Position numbers and translations under genes: made by a program
Shown: positions 55,625-57,987 of the stretch, in pieces
Layout: every line of letters starts with the position of its first letter
Position numbering within the stretch: position 1 is the first letter of the stretch
From: a virus
Lineage: Duplodnaviria > Caudoviricetes
Reading direction: 5' to 3' (one strand)
IMG/VR virus record: IMGVR_UViG_3300043411_001582
Coordinates: 1-57,987 of that record
Length of the DNA stretch: 57,987 nucleotides
Notes under the pieces: generated by a model
Seen by the model: only the letters and a program-made list of their open reading frames with translations
Told to the model about the DNA's origin: nothing
The model's database searches: none

Positions 55625-56062
55625 ATGGCAGATAAACAAAAATTAGATACTCTTTACCTAGACATTGCTGAACGTGTAGCCGAAATGTCTGTTGCCCAAC
55701 GACTTAAGGTCGGCGCCATCATTGTTAAAAATGATAATATTGTTTCGATGGGCTGGAATGGAAGTCCTTCTGGATTTGATAATTGTTGTGAAATTCAAAA
55801 TCCTGATGGCACTTTAACTACGCGGCCTGAAACAATTCATGCTGAAAGCAATGCACTTATGAAGTTAGCACGTAGTGGAGGTGTTGGATCTTTAGGCGCT
55901 ACCATGTACACATCTTACTCACCTTGTCCTGAATGTGCAAAGCTTATCAAACAAGCTGGAATAGATCGTGTAGTCTATAAACACCAATACCGGTTAACAG
56001 GCGGCCTAGATATGTTAAAATCACTAGGTGTGACAGTAGAACATTTAGAATCAACTAACTGA
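55625..56062 (+). CDS. cd: dCMP deaminase
   Basis: KVGAIIV, GWNG.P.G, HAESNA, SPCPECAK. Confidence 0.92.
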   Translation: MADKQKLDTLYLDIAERVAEMSVAQRLKVGAIIVKNDNIVSMGWNGSPSGFDNCCEIQNPDGTLTTRPETIHAESNALMKLARSGGVGSLGATMYTSYSPCPECAKLIKQAGIDRVVYKHQYRLTGGLDMLKSLGVTVEHLESTN

Positions 56063-56076
56063 AAAAGAAGGACATC

Positions 56077-56445
56077 ATGCCAGACATTTTGAAACAAGTT
56101 TTTATTGAACGTGTATATTTTGATCCAAGTAATGCCGCACATGTTGAATCATTTAAATGCTTCATCAGTACTGGCAACTGGGGAGACATTCAATTTTACC
56201 CAGAACTTCCATACATCGAAGTTCCTATTACTGTCTTGATGAAGTTCGCCTTACACCAATTGAATACAAAACGCGAAACTGAAGAAGAACGAGTTCTTCG
56301 GCATTCTAAAAAGAATCTTGTTCCTTGGGACACTATTGAAACCCGTAAAGAACGACGTCGTCGCCTTGAAGCGACAAACATCAAAATTTTTGATCAGCTT
56401 AAGATTAACGCTGAGCAACTAGCCCGCGAAGATGAAGACTCTTGA
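56077..56445 (+). CDS. hypothetical protein
   Basis: 122-aa ORF with AAGGA SD. Confidence 0.65.
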   Translation: MPDILKQVFIERVYFDPSNAAHVESFKCFISTGNWGDIQFYPELPYIEVPITVLMKFALHQLNTKRETEEERVLRHSKKNLVPWDTIETRKERRRRLEATNIKIFDQLKINAEQLAREDEDS

Positions 56446-56986
56446 GACACAGTTAAAAGATCGAACTTTAAGGTTCGATGGTGTTTCAATTGTTAGTCCA
56501 AATTTATTAGCCGATCTTTTAACTCGTGGGATTCATCCTTCTTTACTTAGAGTTTCTTCTACCTCTTCTGAGGTAGAAGCCTTTAATCTTCAGGTCGCCG
56601 ATTCAGAAAAAATAAATGAATCTAAATTAGAGCCTTTGAAATTTAATTTAGAGTGGCGCCTGCCAGAATACTATAAAGTCTTGCCGCTAAATGAATATGT
56701 GATTGATATTTTTTCATCTAGAATCAATCATCTAGACTATTCTAATCAGATGAAAGAACTAGCCTTTAGTAGAATAGCTGATGAGCTAGAAGAAATTCAA
56801 ATACGTGGAATGACAGAGTTTTTTAAATCTATCATTTACGTGTTAGATTCATTTAAAGAAAAAAACATAGTCTGGGGCGTTGGTAGAGGTAGTTCGTGTG
56901 CATCGTATATTTTATTCATCCTAGGTTTACATGTTGTAGACTGTGTAAAATATGATGTTCCCATGGACGAATTTTTTCACTATTGA
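56432..56986 (+). CDS. stand-alone fragment of DNA polymerase III alpha (DnaE)
   Basis: RI..EL..I, GVGRGSS.AS...F.LG...VD..KYD...E.F. Confidence 0.8.
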   Translation: MKTLETQLKDRTLRFDGVSIVSPNLLADLLTRGIHPSLLRVSSTSSEVEAFNLQVADSEKINESKLEPLKFNLEWRLPEYYKVLPLNEYVIDIFSSRINHLDYSNQMKELAFSRIADELEEIQIRGMTEFFKSIIYVLDSFKEKNIVWGVGRGSSCASYILFILGLHVVDCVKYDVPMDEFFHY

Positions 56987-57038
56987 AAATTTTTTGATAA
57001 ATAATACTACGGCATTTGCCGATTTTTCTGGAGAAATT

Positions 57039-57281
57039 ATGGCTAAACTTATTCGGAGTGCTAGAGGCGAGGTTATCGATTTTGAATTGATGGCTATCAA
57101 ACAACAATTGGCCTCTGCCCCAGTCCCAAAAGTTGTTGAACAACGAAAACAAGCTATCGATGAGAAGGATGGAATTCGGACTACAGTAACCCAGGATTCA
57201 GATTTTCTGGCTATGGCTTCTGAAGCTGCAGCAGTGAGTGCCTCAACTAGCACTCAAGGCAAACAACTCAATAAAAAATAA
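57039..57281 (+). CDS. hypothetical late protein
   Basis: GGAGA SD; late promoter GATAAATA 56996-57003. Confidence 0.65.
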   Translation: MAKLIRSARGEVIDFELMAIKQQLASAPVPKVVEQRKQAIDEKDGIRTTVTQDSDFLAMASEAAAVSASTSTQGKQLNKK

Positions 57282-57296
57282 ATTAGGAATACTATA

Positions 57297-57611
57297 ATGA
57301 ATATTAAGCCTTTGGGAAATAATGTGATGTTTCGTTTTCTAGATATTACAGGTGGTGCAAAAGGCCGCTTTACCGATACACATCGTAGTGGTATTATTTT
57401 AGTTCCTTCTGTATCTAGTCAGAAAGTTCATCGTTGGGGTCAGGTCATTGCCGCTGGTCCTGACGCTGCTGTAAAGCCTGATGATTATATCCTCATTGAA
57501 AGTTTGATGTGGATGGAAGGAACTAAAGTTGACGGTGTTGCTATGTGGAAGACCGACGATAGTAAAATCTTGGCTGTCACAGACGATATCGATTCTTGTG
57601 ATAGGCAATGA
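57297..57611 (+). CDS. groES: co-chaperonin GroES-like
   Basis: MNIKPLGNNV, SGIIL mobile loop, G.VIAAGP, VK.DD.I, ILAV. Confidence 0.85.
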   Translation: MNIKPLGNNVMFRFLDITGGAKGRFTDTHRSGIILVPSVSSQKVHRWGQVIAAGPDAAVKPDDYILIESLMWMEGTKVDGVAMWKTDDSKILAVTDDIDSCDRQ

Positions 57612-57673
57612 TTCTAAATAGATTTTCTATTAATTGGCATCGATGATGCCAATGTTGTTTATATGGATCCAAA

Positions 57674-57987
57674 ATGATTTTTATTTTACTTACTTTTTTA
57701 GCTGCTTTTTCTATTGAGGCTTTAGGGACCCTAGTTTCTATTTTAGGTCTCACTTCCTTGTTTGGAATGAATGCCATCATTGTTTCACTGGCCATTGCTC
57801 TCGACCTTGGAAAAATCGTCGTTGTAACACTCCTTTATTCGTATTTCAGGCAATTAGGCCTCATGATGAAAAGTTATGCTGTCATCGCTTCAATCATCAC
57901 AATGGTTATTACATCGGCAGGCGCTGGTTCGTATCTCACAGCGGAGTTCCAAAAAGCTATGCTTGGAACACAAGAAGGATCTTTGAA
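57674..57987 (+). CDS. multi-pass membrane protein, truncated by window end
   Basis: open frame MIFILLTFLAAFSIEALG...ALDLGKIV...ITSAG..SYL running off the end. Confidence 0.7.
   Translation, partial: MIFILLTFLAAFSIEALGTLVSILGLTSLFGMNAIIVSLAIALDLGKIVVVTLLYSYFRQLGLMMKSYAVIASIITMVITSAGAGSYLTAEFQKAMLGTQEGSL

Noticed and set aside
1-57987. Stop-codon reassignment as in some jumbo phages
   Set aside because: Core genes are full length in the standard code, and TAA, TAG and TGA all end genes at expected positions

Overview
A 58-kb AT-rich segment of a large T4-related (probably jumbo) myophage genome, standard genetic code, mostly + strand. Virion genes: neck gp13/gp14-like, gp15, sheath, tube, baseplate/tube initiator, gp4, small and large terminase. 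Replication/recombination genes: SSB, UvsX, UvsY, UvsW, a DnaE fragment. Nucleotide metabolism: class II RNR, glutaredoxin, dCMP deaminase. Also present: endolysin, GroES, an Acb1-like 2H phosphodiesterase, a minus-strand cytosine-hypermodification-like cluster, a double-AAA+/HExxH-vWA pair, seven free-standing homing endonuclease-like genes, and T4-type late (TAAATA) and early promoters. The standout feature is a dispersed family of 13 paralogous short leucine-rich-repeat (LRR) genes with constant caps and variable putative binding-face residues. Most have an N-terminal MKxxELFE leader resembling a capsid-targeting/prohead-protease signal, which is shared with an unrelated protein kinase. Their conserved 3' DNA module often supplies an overlapping start codon (and usually an SD-like sequence) for the next gene. 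Together this suggests a shufflable, possibly virion-delivered repertoire of binding proteins. All product calls come from motif recognition by eye; no searches were run.
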